Of a DNA stretch of 64,000 bases, positions 22,766-36,522 are shown in pieces. This stretch comes from Macrostomum hystrix (taxonomy: Eukaryota; Animalia; Platyhelminthes): assembly GCA_950097015.1 (NCBI GenBank), contig CATNEN010000041.1, forward strand, positions 1-64,000. Reading direction: 5' to 3'. The notes beneath the pieces are model-generated. The model had not been told where the DNA came from and searched no databases. It was given only the letters and a program-made list of their open reading frames with translations. The stretch's first letter is position 1. Every line of letters begins with the position of its first letter. A program made the position numbers and the translations under genes.

Positions 22766-23505
22766 TATTATGGAACTTATATGGGCAGTTAGTGGAAGCC
22801 GAATTAATGCAGAATCTGCCCCAAAAGTAAAACTTGGAGCAGAAAGTTCAAAGCTGCAATCGAAAATGGATGAGTAGTGCTCAGAAAATGGGATTAGCGC
22901 GTAGGCGTCTGCATGAATCAATAGGCGTTTGTTTATTTTTGTCGAGAGATATATAATTCTAATAATTTATAAATTCTAATTATAGTGGCGCCAAATTCAA
23001 TCAAAATATTGCTTATGAAAAGAATGACATCCAAGGAAAAAAATTATTTTTGCAGATCAAATGTTTCATCGACAACGATCGCAAGCGAAAAAAATTATGG
23101 AAAAAATGTATTCCACCGAAACCATGGCAACTGGGGCGGGGAATCAGAACGCCATGATGAGCACAGGCCCAGAAAGCTGAGGAATTCTGCGGTGTGCAGG
23201 CTAGAACAACGAGTGTACTCACTACTGCTCAATCATGTACATTGGGTCACTATTGTTGTACCGAATGGCACGGGGCGAGGTTGCTATGGCTGATGCTGAT
23301 GTTTGGAGAAGCCCCACAAAACTGAATCAATGGACACGATTATCAAGGCTGTAACTCACTGTGGTAGGTATGTATAATGAAACAGTTATTATTTTCGTAC
23401 AAGGAAATCTGCACCATGCTACTGATGAGTAGGATGGGTCTAACTCTATCGCCAACATTCAACCAAGCCCAATGAAGCGGAGCGCAGAAGAGTCCTCGCA
23501 GGGGT

Positions 23506-26500
23506 TTAGCGCATCACGGGCATGGCGGTGGCCGAGGCGCTGGTCACCGCGTCCTCGGCGCGCCAGAGCTGCGTGACAGTCTTCAGCTGCGTGTAAAAGT
23601 GCACGCCGTGCTTGCCGTAGAAGTTCTGATCGCCGCGGAAGCTGGCCCGGCTTCCAGTGAAGCTGAACATTGGCAGCGGCACCGGGATGGGCACGTTCAC
23701 GCCCACCTGGCCGACATCGATCTCTTCCGTGAATTTGCGGGCAGCCGCGCCGCTGTTGGTGAAGATTGCCGTGCCGTTGCCGTACGGATTGGCGTTGATG
23801 AGCTCGATGGCATCATCCAGGGTGTCCGCCTCCAGGCACAGCAGCACCGGACCAAAGATCTCCTCCCGGTAGCACTCCATGCTGGGCTTCACCTGCGGTC
23901 AGGGTGACCCGAATGTGGATTGGGGAATGCGGAGTGGGGAATGCAGATTGGGGAATGCGTAGTGGGGAATGCCTGATTGATAAGGGAATGCGGAGTGGGG
24001 AATGCGGATTGGGGAATGCGGAGTGGGGAATACCTGATTGATAAGGGAATGCGGATTGGGGAATGCAGAGTGGGGAATGCCTGATTGATAAGGGAATGCG
24101 GATTGGGCAATGCGGATTGGGGAATGCGTGATTGGGGAATGCGGATTGGGGAATGCGGAGTGGGGAATACCTGTTTGATAAGGGAATGCGGATTGGGGAA
24201 TGCAGAGTGGGGAATGCCAGATTGATAAGGGAATGCGGATTGGGGAATGCGTGATTGGGGAATGCGTGATTGGGGAGTGCGTGATTGGGGAATGCGGATT
24301 GGGGAATGCGGATTGGGGAATATGTGATTGGGGAACGCGGAGCAGCGGAATGGTAAGGGAATGCGGAGTGGGGAATACGGAGCGGGGAATGGAATGTGGA
24401 GTGGGTAATTGATTAAAAGAATTCTAAGCAGCAGTTTTGTTACCTTCGTGAGAATGGTGGGCCCTACAAAGTTGCCCTTCTCGTAGCCCTTCACAACGAG
24501 GTCGCGGCCGTCCAGGACGCACTCGGCGCCCTCGCTGATGCCAGACTGCACCAGGCTGAGGATACGAGACTTGGCCTCCGGGGAGATCACGGGGCCCAGG
24601 TCGGCGCCGGGCTCGGTGCCGGGCCCAACTCGCAGCTCCTTGGCGCGGGCGACAATCTCTGGCAGCCAGTTGCGGGCCTCTCCAACCAGCACGGCGGTGC
24701 TGAGCGCCATGCAGCGCTGGCCGGCGGCTCCGAATGCGGCGCCAACAAGAGACTGTTAGGAGAATTCAAATGAGGGCTGTCTTCATAAAATTTGCTTGCC
24801 CGTGATTTGTCAATGGGATTTCCTTTTACAATGCGTTATGAAGCAACACTTCTATTTTTTAGAAACGGGATTTTTATAAGGGATTTCATGTTCCAAAGTA
24901 ATGGAATTGTACGAGCGTACATTTATTTTTCGGTTCCTAGAAAGAGGTTACTCCAGTTACTTTTTGTTTTTTAGAAAGAGTAAGTTACCTGTGATTTTTT
25001 GCCTCTAATAAACGGGAATATTCTTATTAAAAGAAGTTCTAGTGTTCTAGAAACTAGATTTTTCCTTTTAAAATTCAGATTTATTTTTCGTTTAAAATTT
25101 TTTTCTAGTTTTATACCACGAATTTCAGCTGTTTCACCTAAAAAAGCAAACTGAAACTTGGTAAGAGTCCTCACGCCACGCACCTGAATGGTCTGGGCCT
25201 TGTTGGCATCGGGCAGGATCACGCCGTGGTTCTTGGCGCCCATGTTGCACTGCACCCTCTTGCCCGCCCTGCTGCCCCTCTCGTAGATGTACTGGCCGGC
25301 CCGGTCTGAGCCCACGAAGCTGATGGCCCGGATGTGCGGATTGTCGCAGATGAAGGTCACAGACTCGTGCGCGCCGTGGACCACGTTGACGACGCCCTTG
25401 GGGAAGCCGGCCTCCTGCAGCAGGCCCATCAGCAGCATGCAGGCGCCCGGGTCCCGCTCAGACGGCTTCAGCAGCATTGTGTTGCCGCACACCAGCGACA
25501 ACGGGAACATCCACAGCGGGATCATGGCCGGGAAGTTGAACGGGGTGATGCCAGCGGTGACGCCCAGCGGAACCCGGTAGGTGTGCGTGTCCATGTCCCT
25601 GGCGATGCCCGGCAAGGTCTCGCCCAGCTGCAGCGAAGTGATGCTGCAGCAGTGCTCCACCACCTGGCCAGGCGAGTTCCAGTTCACCACTCACTTTTAC
25701 AATAATTAAGGAACCCTTGGTCATTCTTTTATTAGCTAATCTGCAATATGAATACCCATCAGAACTGCAGATCAAGCAATCTGCCATTCACATCAGAACT
25801 GCAGCCATAGCAATTAATCTTCCAAAATCGCAATGGCGCACCTGCAGGCCGCGCATGACATCGCCATGCGCATCAGCTAGAGTCTTGCCCTGCTCGGCGG
25901 TGATGCTCTCAGCCAGCTTCTTCATGTCCCGCTTGATGAGGCGCTGCAGCTCAAACATGAGACTCTGCCGAGTGAGCACAGTGGTTTTGCGCCAGGACTC
26001 AAAGGCGGTGCGGCAGGAGTCAACAGCAGCATTCATCTCCGCCTCTGTGGACTTGGGTACGCGGGTCAGGACCTCATTGGTGGCTGGGTTGTGCAAGTCA
26101 ATCCAGCTCTTGGTCTTGGATTCGACGAATTCTCCATCGATGACATCTTGGTGGTGGGAACTGAGTGGTGATGACAGAACCTTGCAAGGACCGATACCTA
26201 AGAAGTCAAATGACAATGCGTTTTATGCTTTATCTAACAAGTTAAGTAAAGTAATCAGCTGGAGTCAAAGTAATATAGAAAATAAGTTTACTACTTAAAT
26301 TAGGTTTACGAGTAATATAGGCTTAATATGAAAAGACATTATTTGGTAATGCAAATCAAGGTTAGAATGCCATTCACATGTAGAGTTTGAGTATAATAAG
26401 TGATTCATACTTAAAACTTATTTTAGCAAAGTAACTATTTAGTAGGCCTAGTTATATTAATAGTAAATAGAAATCTATACTCTATATTCTACATTATATG

Positions 26501-26907
26501 CAAGGTCTTAGCTTTTGTAGGATACCAAATGAGGAAAACTAACAAGAATATAATAGATAATCAAACATCTGCAGAATCTAACACACAACTATACCTATTC
26601 TTAACTGATAAATGATGTTTTTACTAAAATGAATCTGCTCAAGAAGATGCTATAAAAAATAAACATTTAATGATGCTCAAAATCTTCAGGTTTAGCTGCA
26701 GATCAAACAAAATAAGTGTTAAGTGTTATAACTTGCATAATTTTTTAAGTGGTAACTCTGATAAGCATGGTGCAATAAAAATTTCAAATACTTTACAGTT
26801 CAAGTTCTATCTACATCAAGAAGAATTAAGCTCACAATTAACATTCAATAATTAATCAAGAGCAATAGGGAGAAGTTTACCTTCCTTAAACCCAAAAGAC
26901 GATTCAT
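23506..26907 (-). CDS. ALDH6A1: Methylmalonate-semialdehyde dehydrogenase (mitochondrial)
   Basis: Exons 26881-26907, 25842-26197, 25184-25663, 24444-24752, 23506-23892. Motifs [27 protein letters not shown] (catalytic Cys) and EEIFGPV; Arg-rich presequence [16 protein letters not shown]. One T is missing at 26143 (ATG TtC ATC GAT restores KMFIDGEF), giving ~519 aa. Confidence 0.95.
23915..24395. repeat. Degenerate GGGGAATGCGGATT-type minisatellite in ALDH6A1 intron 4
   Basis: Repeated GGGGAATGC cores with alternating spacers. Confidence 0.9.
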
Positions 26908-27774
26908 ATTTAATTTGTTAGCAAAAATGTGGATACTTCAATCAATAAAAACCGATTGCAAGTTCTGTGGACAACAACAATCTTGGCTAACGGTATAGCG
27001 GATCCTTGAAATCTTGATTTAAAATCATTGAAAGCTAATGATTTTAAATGTAACAATCGATAAAAATTACAATCCTGCTTAAATAAATGAAAGAAACTAG
27101 TAATATGAAAGCGTAGACAGTAATAAGCTAAAATAGTTGTAAACTATTGTAGGCATCAATAGATATAAGATCTATGAAATATTTTTTGTTTTTTAAGGGT
27201 GCAACATTTTTCTAGTTTTAAACTACGTTTTCTAATAAAAATTCAATTTTAATGGACTAAAATCTACGTTAGCACGCAATTTAGCAACGTGCGCATAAAC
27301 TTCAAGTGTCAGTTTACCGTTACTCTTTAAGATTTTATGAGGGGATTATTATTTTTGTTTCTATCAGTTGTATCAATCTTGCGTCAAACACTTGAGGAAC
27401 AAATTATGCAAAGGGAAATTGATGTTGCGATGTAAAATTACATCAAGACTGGAAATAATACCAAAACGAAGGTGTTGGCTTGATAGTACTAAGAAATCTT
27501 AAATATATATTTTCCTATAGCAGATAAAAAGGGAAATAAATGTGCTTTTCACTGATTTCATTTATTCTGTTTTACAAAAAGTTTTATCTGCTTTTCTTGC
27601 TGTGCTAAATATTTTCTTCTCTTTCTTTTAAAATTTAAAAAATGGCTGATGGCAAATTTTATTTTTGTAAGTTATTTTTTGCTAAAAGTCTTCTGATCAC
27701 ATTATAATTTATATTTATGGTATAGGATTGAGGTCTGTGTACTCATAATATGACATTCATAATATGAATATGGA

Positions 27775-28156
27775 CAGTGGGGCAACCAGGGGGGCAGGGG
27801 TGGCGGCCGCCCCCCTTCACCTTGCGGGGCAATGTACGCAAAGGGCAAGCCAAGATGCTTCTTAATTTACTACCTTATCTCATTCTGTGTCCCCAAGTCC
27901 AATGTATATAGACCAAAGACCAAGTCCAAGACCATTGGTCATATATTAATTTTCAAGCTTTCATTATAATTGTTCGTGCATTCTGATTTTTTAAACCTTT
28001 TAAATCATCTGATGATCTGGGCCCTACCCTACCAGCCCTTGAAATTGGCCAAAGAATGGTGGGCGAAAACAGAAAAACAGAGCACGCTCCACCTGGTGGC
28101 CGCCCCCTTCAGCCCATGGGACCGCCCCCTTAAAGCGAAACCTGGTTGCGCCACTG
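27775..28156. mobile_element. hAT-like MITE (382 bp)
   Basis: 16-bp TIRs CAGTGGGGCAACCAGG / CAGTGGCGCAACCAGG with one mismatch; flanks AATATGGA (27767-27774) and AATATGAA (28157-28164) are a 7/8 match to an 8-bp TSD. Confidence 0.75.
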
Positions 28157-29142
28157 AATATGAAACATAAAAATGTTGCTAATCAGTTGAATCTAGACTT
28201 GAGTTCTGTAAGTACAGAACTATATCTTGCAAGCAGTATTTAGGCTAGGGGTCAGCCTAGGGGTCAGTGTAAACACAAAAATGGACTGCAACAGACCACT
28301 ATGGGACTGCAATGAAATGCAATTGGATGACAACAGACTGCAACAGACTACAGTGGGACAATTGCAGTAGTTTTTTATCTTTTATTTTGTAATATGGCTT
28401 CAAGAGCTACTGCTGATGTCTGATGCACATTTAGCTTTAGCATGCTACTAGCATAGTAAGCCCCCCTTGGGGGGCACTAACTGTTTAGACAAAAATCTCT
28501 TATGGCTTTGATGGAACTCTTTGTAATGTCATTAATTTTTTTATTAAAGTAGGTTTCTATTAAATTATATCTATATGAATTAAAAAAAAATGTTGGTTAT
28601 TAAAATCAGGCAATCCTTAATTTATATTATACAAAAGGTTGCACACACACACACACAGAGTTTTCACTTTTATATATATATATTTATATTTAATAATGGG
28701 ACCTATATTACAAAAATGAAGAATATATAATGCAATGAAATAAAACCTATATTGTAATAGATAAATGACATTAAATATGTTACATTATATTCAATTCAAA
28801 TTTCCCTATTTAAGTGGTTAAGAACTATATACAATTTGCATTTTTTATATTAGATAATCTAGCTTGCTATAACATTGTTCATTTAATTCAATGCACTTTC
28901 TTGTATAATGAGCATTCAATTATTAATATAAATTTGATGAACTAATTCTATTACTTTAGAGTATAATTTCACCATTAAAATGTATTGTCATCACTACAAA
29001 TAATTTGTTTCATTCTATTTTACTTCAGCACTCATCAAACAGAGTTACTAGCCAGAAAACTAACTGAGAGGGCTGTCCTGTCTGTTTAAGTATTAAATTA
29101 AACTGCTGTCGTTGGCAAGATCTCATTGGCCATCTAATTGTC

Positions 29143-32100
29143 ATGCTCAACCTACAGGGCAACAATTATCCAGGTGGCCTGCAGAACCTTGGTAAGTGTT
29201 TCTTTCTCAGATTTCTAAAATTCTGTAGACAAATGTTAAATATCATCATGAGCCTACAAATTGAAGTATTCAAACTTGTTGCTCTATTGTTTTTTCATTT
29301 TTTCCTGTACAACATTTCAGGCAACACCTGCTATGCCAATGCAGTGATCCAGGTGCTGTGCTATACTCCTGGTCTCTATGAACACCTCAAAAAAGTAGTC
29401 ATCTTCATCCACCGAGTTGATCGAGTTAGGTCCATTCTCAAGGAAGTAAGGCTGGCTTGATAAATAAATTAATTATATATCTGACGTAATTAAAGACTTA
29501 CCAGACCTTCAGCTCAAGAGTAACGTTTTTATTCAATATTTTTCCCGTCACGTTGAAACTTTAGTATTTCTATATAAATGACTTACAATGTATTTATGTC
29601 GACACACATTTACCGTGTCCCTCCTCCCACCTTGGCAGCTCGTACCGCTGTCCGCTCAGGAGAAGCTCGCCCTGCCGCAGTCCTGTGCATTCGCCGACAG
29701 TCTCTTCCGGGTGAGAGTCGAAAATTGGCTGGCGCCATTTGACAAACTAATGCAGGGCTAGAACAGGTCTCAGTGCAGGGCTAGAACAGGTGTCAGTGCA
29801 GGGCTAGAACAGGTCTCAGTGCAGGGCTAGAACAGATGACAGTGCAGGGCTAGAACAGGTGTCAGTGCAGCCGTGCAGGGCTAGAACAGGTCTCAGTGCA
29901 GGGCTAGAACAGATGACAGTGCAGGGCTAGAACAGGTGTCAGTGCAGCCGTGCAGGGCTAGAACAGGTCTCAGTGCAGGGCTAGAACAGGTCTCAGTGCA
30001 GGGCTAGAACAGATGACAGTGCCATACTAGAACAGGTGCCAGTGCAGGGCTAGAACAGGTGTCAGTGCAGGGCTAGAACAGGTGTCAGTGCCAGACTAGA
30101 ACAGGATTTTAACCTGTAGTGAATTAATAATTTCTATCATTCGCGCCTGCCGTAGGTGTTCCGTATTATCCGCCTTGAGCGCCGCACCTGCCGGCCGATG
30201 CCGCTGCTGCGCATTCTGCGTGCCGCCCATTGCGCGTTCACGCCTGGCGAGGAGCACGACGCCCAGGAGCTGCTGCTGTGCGCGTTGGACGCTGTGCAGT
30301 CCGCCTTGCGCGATTTGCACACATTCCGCGCCTCACTGGTGGAGCTTGCCAGGGGTCTCGCCGCCGACGCGCCGGGTCGCTTCGCTGCCAGCAGCGTTGC
30401 TAGCAATGTCAGCGGCTGCAGCCGGATGCTGCCTCTGCCGCAGAGATTCGCCGCGCTGGTAGTCTCGACGACGCCCTCGCCGTTCCTGAAATTCGTGACG
30501 ACGCCATGTCGGAGACCACTGCAGCCACCGCCGACAAAAATGTGCCGCTCCTCCAGCTTGACGACTTTGCTGACGACGACGAGGCTCAGGATAATGCCTG
30601 CTCCGTCTCGAACTTTGACGCTGGCGTCAATAATATCTTTGAGGACGAGGACCTGCTGTATCTGTCGACCAATGCGCCGCCCGTCTCGACCTCAGCCGCG
30701 TCCGCCGCCGCCGGCTCGGGTGCGGATCGGGCCGCTTCGACTCCCTCACCGCCGTCGCCGCGCAGCCCATGCGCTGCGGAGGAAGAAGAACCTGACGGTG
30801 CCATCGACCTCCTGCCCGGCCTATCTAAGCTGCCAGACTCGGAGCCTCCGCAGCAGCAGCCTCTGCTGAATCTTCAGGTACCCAAGAAATCATTCTCCCG
30901 AAACCGGGACCGCAGCGTTGACGGTTTCGATCGCGCGTTCAGCGCTGACGCGTTTAAATTGCGCGGTGGCGCCCGCACTAACGCACGCCTGGTGAACGCC
31001 GAGTCGCCTAGGCGGCCCCTGGGCCAGCAGAATCTGGTCCAGCAGGTTGCCTCACCTTTCTCGGCCTCCGCTGCTGCGGCTGCCGCCGCTACCTCCGCTG
31101 CCGTGGCCGCCGCTTCTGCCGCCATCACCGCTAAGCGGCCCCTTGGCGATGCCCTGCCTGCCCTGCTGCTCCCGGCCACGCTGCAGACCTCACCCGCTTC
31201 AGCCCAGCTGCCGATGCTCTCCGCCGCCGTTGCCGCCATCTCAGCCGCCGGCGACACCAATGACGAGAATCTCGGAGCCTCGCCATTGAAGCGACCGAGG
31301 CGTCGGCTGTCTTCTTCCGGCGCCTGTTTGAATGTGGCGGCCTCCAGCTCCGCTGCGGAGTCGGCCGAGTCCGCCTCTGGCGCCGGACCGAAGTTCTCCC
31401 TGGCTGAACTTCTGGCCCGCATTGAAGCTCTGGACATTGGGGACACCCGGATGCACGACTTTGTGGCCAGCCGCATGACTGGTGAGTTGCGTCGCTGGCC
31501 ATCATGCGAATGAGACTTGGGGAATAGCGAGAATTGAATTCTTCGTATAATAACCTGATTTTGATCTCTGTGTAATTACCCTCGGCATTAGCCTCTCTGT
31601 GAGCACAGCGTTACAAACTTAACCTCTTTTTACAGTATTAGCCTGTCTGTGTGTGAGTACAGCATCAGCCTGTCTGTGTGTGGCTCAGCATTAGCCTGTC
31701 TGTGTGTGAGTACAGCATTAGCCTGTCTGTGTGTGGGTACAGCATTAGCCTGTCTGTGTGTGAGTACAGCATTAGCCTGTCTGTGTGTGAGTACAGCATT
31801 AGCCTGTCTGTGTGTGGGTACAGCATTGGCCTGTCTGTGTGTGAGTACAGCATTAGCCTGTCTGTGTGTGGGTACAGCATTAGCCTGTCTGTGTGTGAGT
31901 ACAGCATTAGCCTGTCTGTGTGTGGGTACAGCATTAGCCCGTCTGTGTGTGAGTACAGCATTAGCCTGTCTGTGTGTGGGTACAGCATTAGCCTGTCTGT
32001 GTGTGGGTACAGCATTAGCCTGTCTGTGTGTGGGTCAGCATTAGCCTGTCTGTGTGTGAGTACAGCATTAGCCTGTCTGTGTGTGGGTACAATTTGCCTG

Positions 32101-34594
32101 TCTGTGTGTGGGTACAGCATTAGCCTGTCTGTGTGGGTACAGCATTAGCCTGTCTGTGTGTGGGTCAGCATTAGCCTGTCTGTGTGTGAGTACAGCATTA
32201 GCCTGTCTGTGTGTGGGTACAGCATTAGCCTGTCTGTGTGTGAGTACAGCATTAGCCTGTCTGTGTGTGAGTACAGCATTGGCCTGTCTGTGTGTGGGTA
32301 CAGCATTAGCCTGTCTGTGTGTGATTACAGCATTAGCCTGTCTGTGTGTGGGTCAGCATTAGCCTGTCTGTGTGTGGGTCAGCATTAGCCTGTCTGTGTG
32401 TGGGTCAGCATTAGCCTGTCTGTGTGTGGGTCAGCATTAGCCCTCCTAATAATATTTTTTAAACGACCGAGTCAACCCTTCCTATGCAGGCCAGCAGCAG
32501 TACACCACCCGGTGCCTGGAATGCGAAGCCGAGACCGTCAAATGCCAGCCATTCAACATTATCAGCTGCCCGGTAAAGCGCCAGCGGCACTCGTCAGCGT
32601 CTGCCGCTGGCGCCAACGCTTCAGCAGGCAATTTCGAGCCTCAGGTATGCGGCGATGTCAGAATTCGCACCGTGGTTGCCGAGCCGGATGGCCAGCTTAA
32701 CATGTCTACAGGTGAGTTGGTTTTGTTGAGCTGTTTTGCTAGGTGCCGGAGTCATGCTCAGAGTAGTGAAACAAACTGAGCTTTGCTTTCAACTGCAATC
32801 GAGGGAAATCGAGTTTTTTGTTTCAATGCATTTAGTATATACTACTGACGTGTTGAAAGTAGTACGTTAAGTTTATTGGAAACTTCATAAATATATATAT
32901 GATAATATCAGTACTTAAGCCTAAACTTCCGGAATCACGGCTAGCTAGGAATTTGCGATAATGAACAGTGACGTGTCCCCCTGCGCAGGGGGCGAGAGGG
33001 TCAGCGGCTAACGTCGCTGCCTCGCACTCCAAAGGACGCTAGTTCGATTCACCCTTCAAGTCACGATTAATTTCGGGACTTGTTGGGGGGTTTGGACAGT
33101 AGCGACCGGCGGAGGTGCACCATATTTCGTGCAATCAAAGCTTGAAATAATAGCTTCGCTCCTGCCTTCTGCATGCCTGCTTGTTTGTGTTTGTGTTTGT
33201 GCGTTGGGCCGGGTGTGAGGCGTTGTATGGGGGGTGGGGCGTGTGTGCACCAGCCATGCGTGCTCTGAGCGGCGAGGTTTCACCAACCGTCTGCGCGCGT
33301 GGCTTGGTCCTCTCGTCCCTACCCTTCAGGCATGTAAGTCCTCCCCTTGTTTGGTCAGCTCTGTGCGTGTGCGGGCCTGGGGTGAGAGGCACTCCGGCTG
33401 CCGCCTCCTTCCCCGCTTGGCTTGCGGCTGTGTATGAGGTGCCTGTGTTCAGGGGTCTAGATGGCGCGATGGGCGACTCCCGCCTAGTTCGCCGGCCTGG
33501 GGGCGTGCCGTTCCTGCGCTTGTGCGTCAAGTGCCCCAGGCCCCCCTGCAATTAAGTAAAGTAAGTCCCCCTGCGCATCCATCCAGACTCCGATTCAGGC
33601 GCTGAGCTGCCGTTTCCTCACTGCGCCCTTCAAGAAGAGGAGCGACTGACCGGTGAGGACAAATTCCTGTGCGAAAGGTGCAACGAACTGCAGGAGGCCA
33701 GCCTGCGGCTCACCTACGGCTGCCTGCCAGCCGTTGTCTGCCTGCACCTGAAGCGGTTCAGCTTGGACAGCCGCGGCTGCGTCACGAAGATCAACGACCC
33801 CGTGCAGATTCCCTGCCACTTTCAGCACCGCGAGCCAGACGGCCGGGAGAGAAGGTGAGAGAATCAGGAAGGATGGGAGCAGCTGTGGAATCAGGGAGGA
33901 TGGGAGCAGCTGTGGAATCAGGGAGGATGGGACCAGCTGGGGAATCAGGGAGGATGGGACCAGCTGGGGAATCAGGGAGGATGGGACCAGCTGTGGAATC
34001 AGGGAGGATGGGACCAGCTGTGGAATCAGGGAGGATGGGACCAGCTGTGGAATCAGGGAGGATGGGAGCAGCTGTGGAATCAGGGAGGATGGGAGCAGCT
34101 GTGGAATCAGGGAGGATGGGACCAGCTGTGGAATCAGGGAGGATGGGACCAGCTGGGGAATCAGGGAGGATGGAACCAGCTGTGGAATCAGGGAGGATGG
34201 GACCAGCTGTGGAATCAGGGAGGATGGGACCAGCTGGGGAATCAGGGAGGATGGGAGCAGCTGTGGAATCAGGGAGGATTGGACCAGCTAGGGAATCAGG
34301 GAGGGGGGACTGTTTAGTGTCACTTTAGATCCCCCACTGCTCCCCTGAAGGTACCAGCTGTTTGGTGTCATCATCCACGATGGTCTGACGATCTCATCGG
34401 GTCACTACACCAGCCTGGTGCGCATCAACGCCGACTCTGGCGAAGGTGACGGCAGCGGCTGCTGGTTCAGCTTCGATGACGACTTTGTGCGGCCGGTGAG
34501 CGCCATCCAACTGGCCGCAGTGCTCAGCCCGTCTGAGACCGCCTCCAAGACGCCCTACGTGGTGATGTACTCGGCTGAGCCCGACCGAGGCTGA
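29143..34594 (+). CDS. USP1: Ubiquitin-specific protease, USP1-like
   Basis: Exons 29143-29191, 29321-29445, 29639-29710, 30156-31481, 32490-32644, 33599-33854, 34351-34594. Cys box [30 protein letters not shown] and CERC zinc ligands, LHLKRF, His box [24 protein letters not shown]. Two missing bases are needed (exon 4, near 30404-30500, and exon 5/6). The true 5' end is uncertain. Confidence 0.85.
29755..30105. repeat. 23-bp minisatellite (GTGCAGGGCTAGAACAGGTCTCA) in a USP1 intron
   Basis: Direct tandem repetition. Confidence 0.92.
31635..32442. repeat. ~28-bp minisatellite (GTACAGCATTAGCCTGTCTGTGTGTGA/G) in a USP1 intron
   Basis: Direct tandem repetition. Confidence 0.93.
32988..33564 (+). 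mobile_element. tRNA-derived SINE, copy 1 (full length, ~577 bp)
   Basis: Head with A-box-like GGGTCAGCGGCTAA and B-box AGTTCGATTC (33041-33050); TAAG-type tail; 13-bp TSD GTCCCCCTGCGCA at 32975-32987 and 33565-33577; second copy at 40130-40532. Confidence 0.85.
33865..34305. repeat. 27-bp minisatellite (GGATGGGACCAGCTGTGGAATCAGGGA) in the last USP1 intron
   Basis: Direct tandem repetition beginning just after the donor at 33855. Confidence 0.93.
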
Positions 34595-35221
34595 TGGCTC
34601 TGTTATTTAGTGGAAGGTCAGCCCTTGGCCTTGGCCCTCTTCCTTAAATCTTGGTTACTGCAAAGTCGGAAGTTGAATCGTGCTTGTCATTTTTCTGTAC
34701 TGCCCAGCCATCAAACGCAGAGATTTCCATATTTTTCTGTTTCATGAAGTAAGACCGAAGTCATAAAAATAGGTTTCGCACCTTCAACTCAGCAGTGTTA
34801 GCTTTTCAACATTTTTGGTTGGTCCTACTGGTGACCACAATGTCTATAAAAGTGCATTGTCTGTGTTCCCTTTATCTGTCATCGCCTTGTTGTTGTCCGT
34901 AATTTGATCCTGTTTCTATTGGCACTTTACGAAATCATATAGCTGTAATTTGTGTACTGCTACTACTTGCTTTTTCATAATCAGTAGTATAATCCGAGTG
35001 GCGTTCTGCTCGATCGGGCATTTTACTGGTTCATTCGCCCGTCACGCAGTTATGGCATTTTTATAGCCCCTTCAATTATTTGTTTGTCAATTCTCAGCTA
35101 ATTTTGTGTTTGTTTACTGTCACAACTGCGCTTCTGTTGTATCAGCAGTCAGGCTGGGAGACTGGGATGTTGAGAGATGCCACGGCTTTTCGACGTTTTC
35201 TCAATTCCCTGGGCAGTGGTA

Positions 35222-35510
35222 TTCCCCACTTATGGTGTTCCTCAATTCTGGATTACCCACTTATGGTGTTCCTCAATTCTGGATTCCCCACTTATGGTGT
35301 TCCTAAATTCTGGATTCCCCACTTATGGTGTTCCTAAATTCTGGATTACCCACTTATGGTGTTCCTCAATTCTGGATTCCCACTTATGGTGTTCCTCAAT
35401 TCTGGATTCCCCACTTATGGTGTTCCTAAATTTGGGATTCCCCACTTATGGTGTTCCTAAATTCTGGATTCCCCACTTATGGTGTTTTCAATTTGGGATT
35501 CCCCACTTAG
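35222..35510. repeat. ~31-bp minisatellite (CCCCACTTATGGTGTTCCTCAATTCTGGATT)
   Basis: Direct tandem repetition. Confidence 0.92.
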
Positions 35511-36099
35511 AAGTTTTGTAGTTCGAGATTTGCCACTCTTACAACTGCTAGGTGTCTGGGGTTTCCTAACTTTAAAATTAGCGAATAATTCTGTATGTAA
35601 AGTTGTGCGTTGGCCATTTGCAGCTTCTTAAAAGACACTTTTCTTCCGAAGAAACGGTTCGTGAAGGTTCGGCTCAGTATTAAGCGCTGCTCTCCATGCT
35701 AAGCTAGCATTTTGCTAATTGCCGGTTCTGCAACCAATTAGCAGTTGGGCAGGATTTTCTTTTCTCGTCAAATGCTGGCACTGTTGTTTATATTTAAGTT
35801 TCTCGTTCTCTGCTGTTTTTATTTGCATGCTGTGCTATTCCATGCAATTTCATTTTTCCCCACACAATCCACCGGCCTGTCAGTTCCGCTGAATTGATCC
35901 GAATGTACTTTTGTTACTCGCACATCCCGGCGTGTTCCGCTGTAGCGCTTTTTTACACCATAAGTTAAAATAAAGGATAGTGTAACCTGTCCCAAACTAA
36001 TTATATTCTAATCTAGCTCTTAATCAGACTCACGGACAACAACTTCAAATTGTCAATTTCTTCCTCAGTGATAACGGATATCGATCCGTCTGTTCCTTC

Positions 36100-36522
36100 A
36101 TCCATGAGATGGATTAGCATCCATTCTGTTCCTTCATCCATGAGATAGATTAGTTATCCATGAGATATATTAGCAATCCATTCTGTTCCATCATCCATGA
36201 GATAGATTAGCAATCCATTCTGTTCCTTCATCCATGAGATAGATTAGTTATCCATGAGATAGATTAGCAATCCATTCTGTTCCATTATCCATGAGATAGA
36301 TTAGCAATCCATTCTGTTCCTTCATCCATGAGATAGATTAATTATCCATGAGATAGATTAGCAATCCATTCTGTTCCATCATCCATGAGTTAGATTAGCA
36401 ATCCATTCTGTTCCTTCATCCATGAGATAGATTAGCAATCCATTCTGTTCCTTCATCCATGAGATAGATTAGCAATCCATTCTGTTCCTTCATCCATGAG
36501 ATAGATTAGCAATCCATTCTGT
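36100..36522. repeat. ~37-bp minisatellite (CCATTCTGTTCCTTCATCCATGAGATAGATTAGCAAT)
   Basis: Direct tandem repetition with truncated units. Confidence 0.92.

Noticed and set aside
32988-33060. tRNA gene
   Set aside because: A/B boxes are present, but I could not fold a convincing cloverleaf; it is the head of a TSD-flanked SINE.
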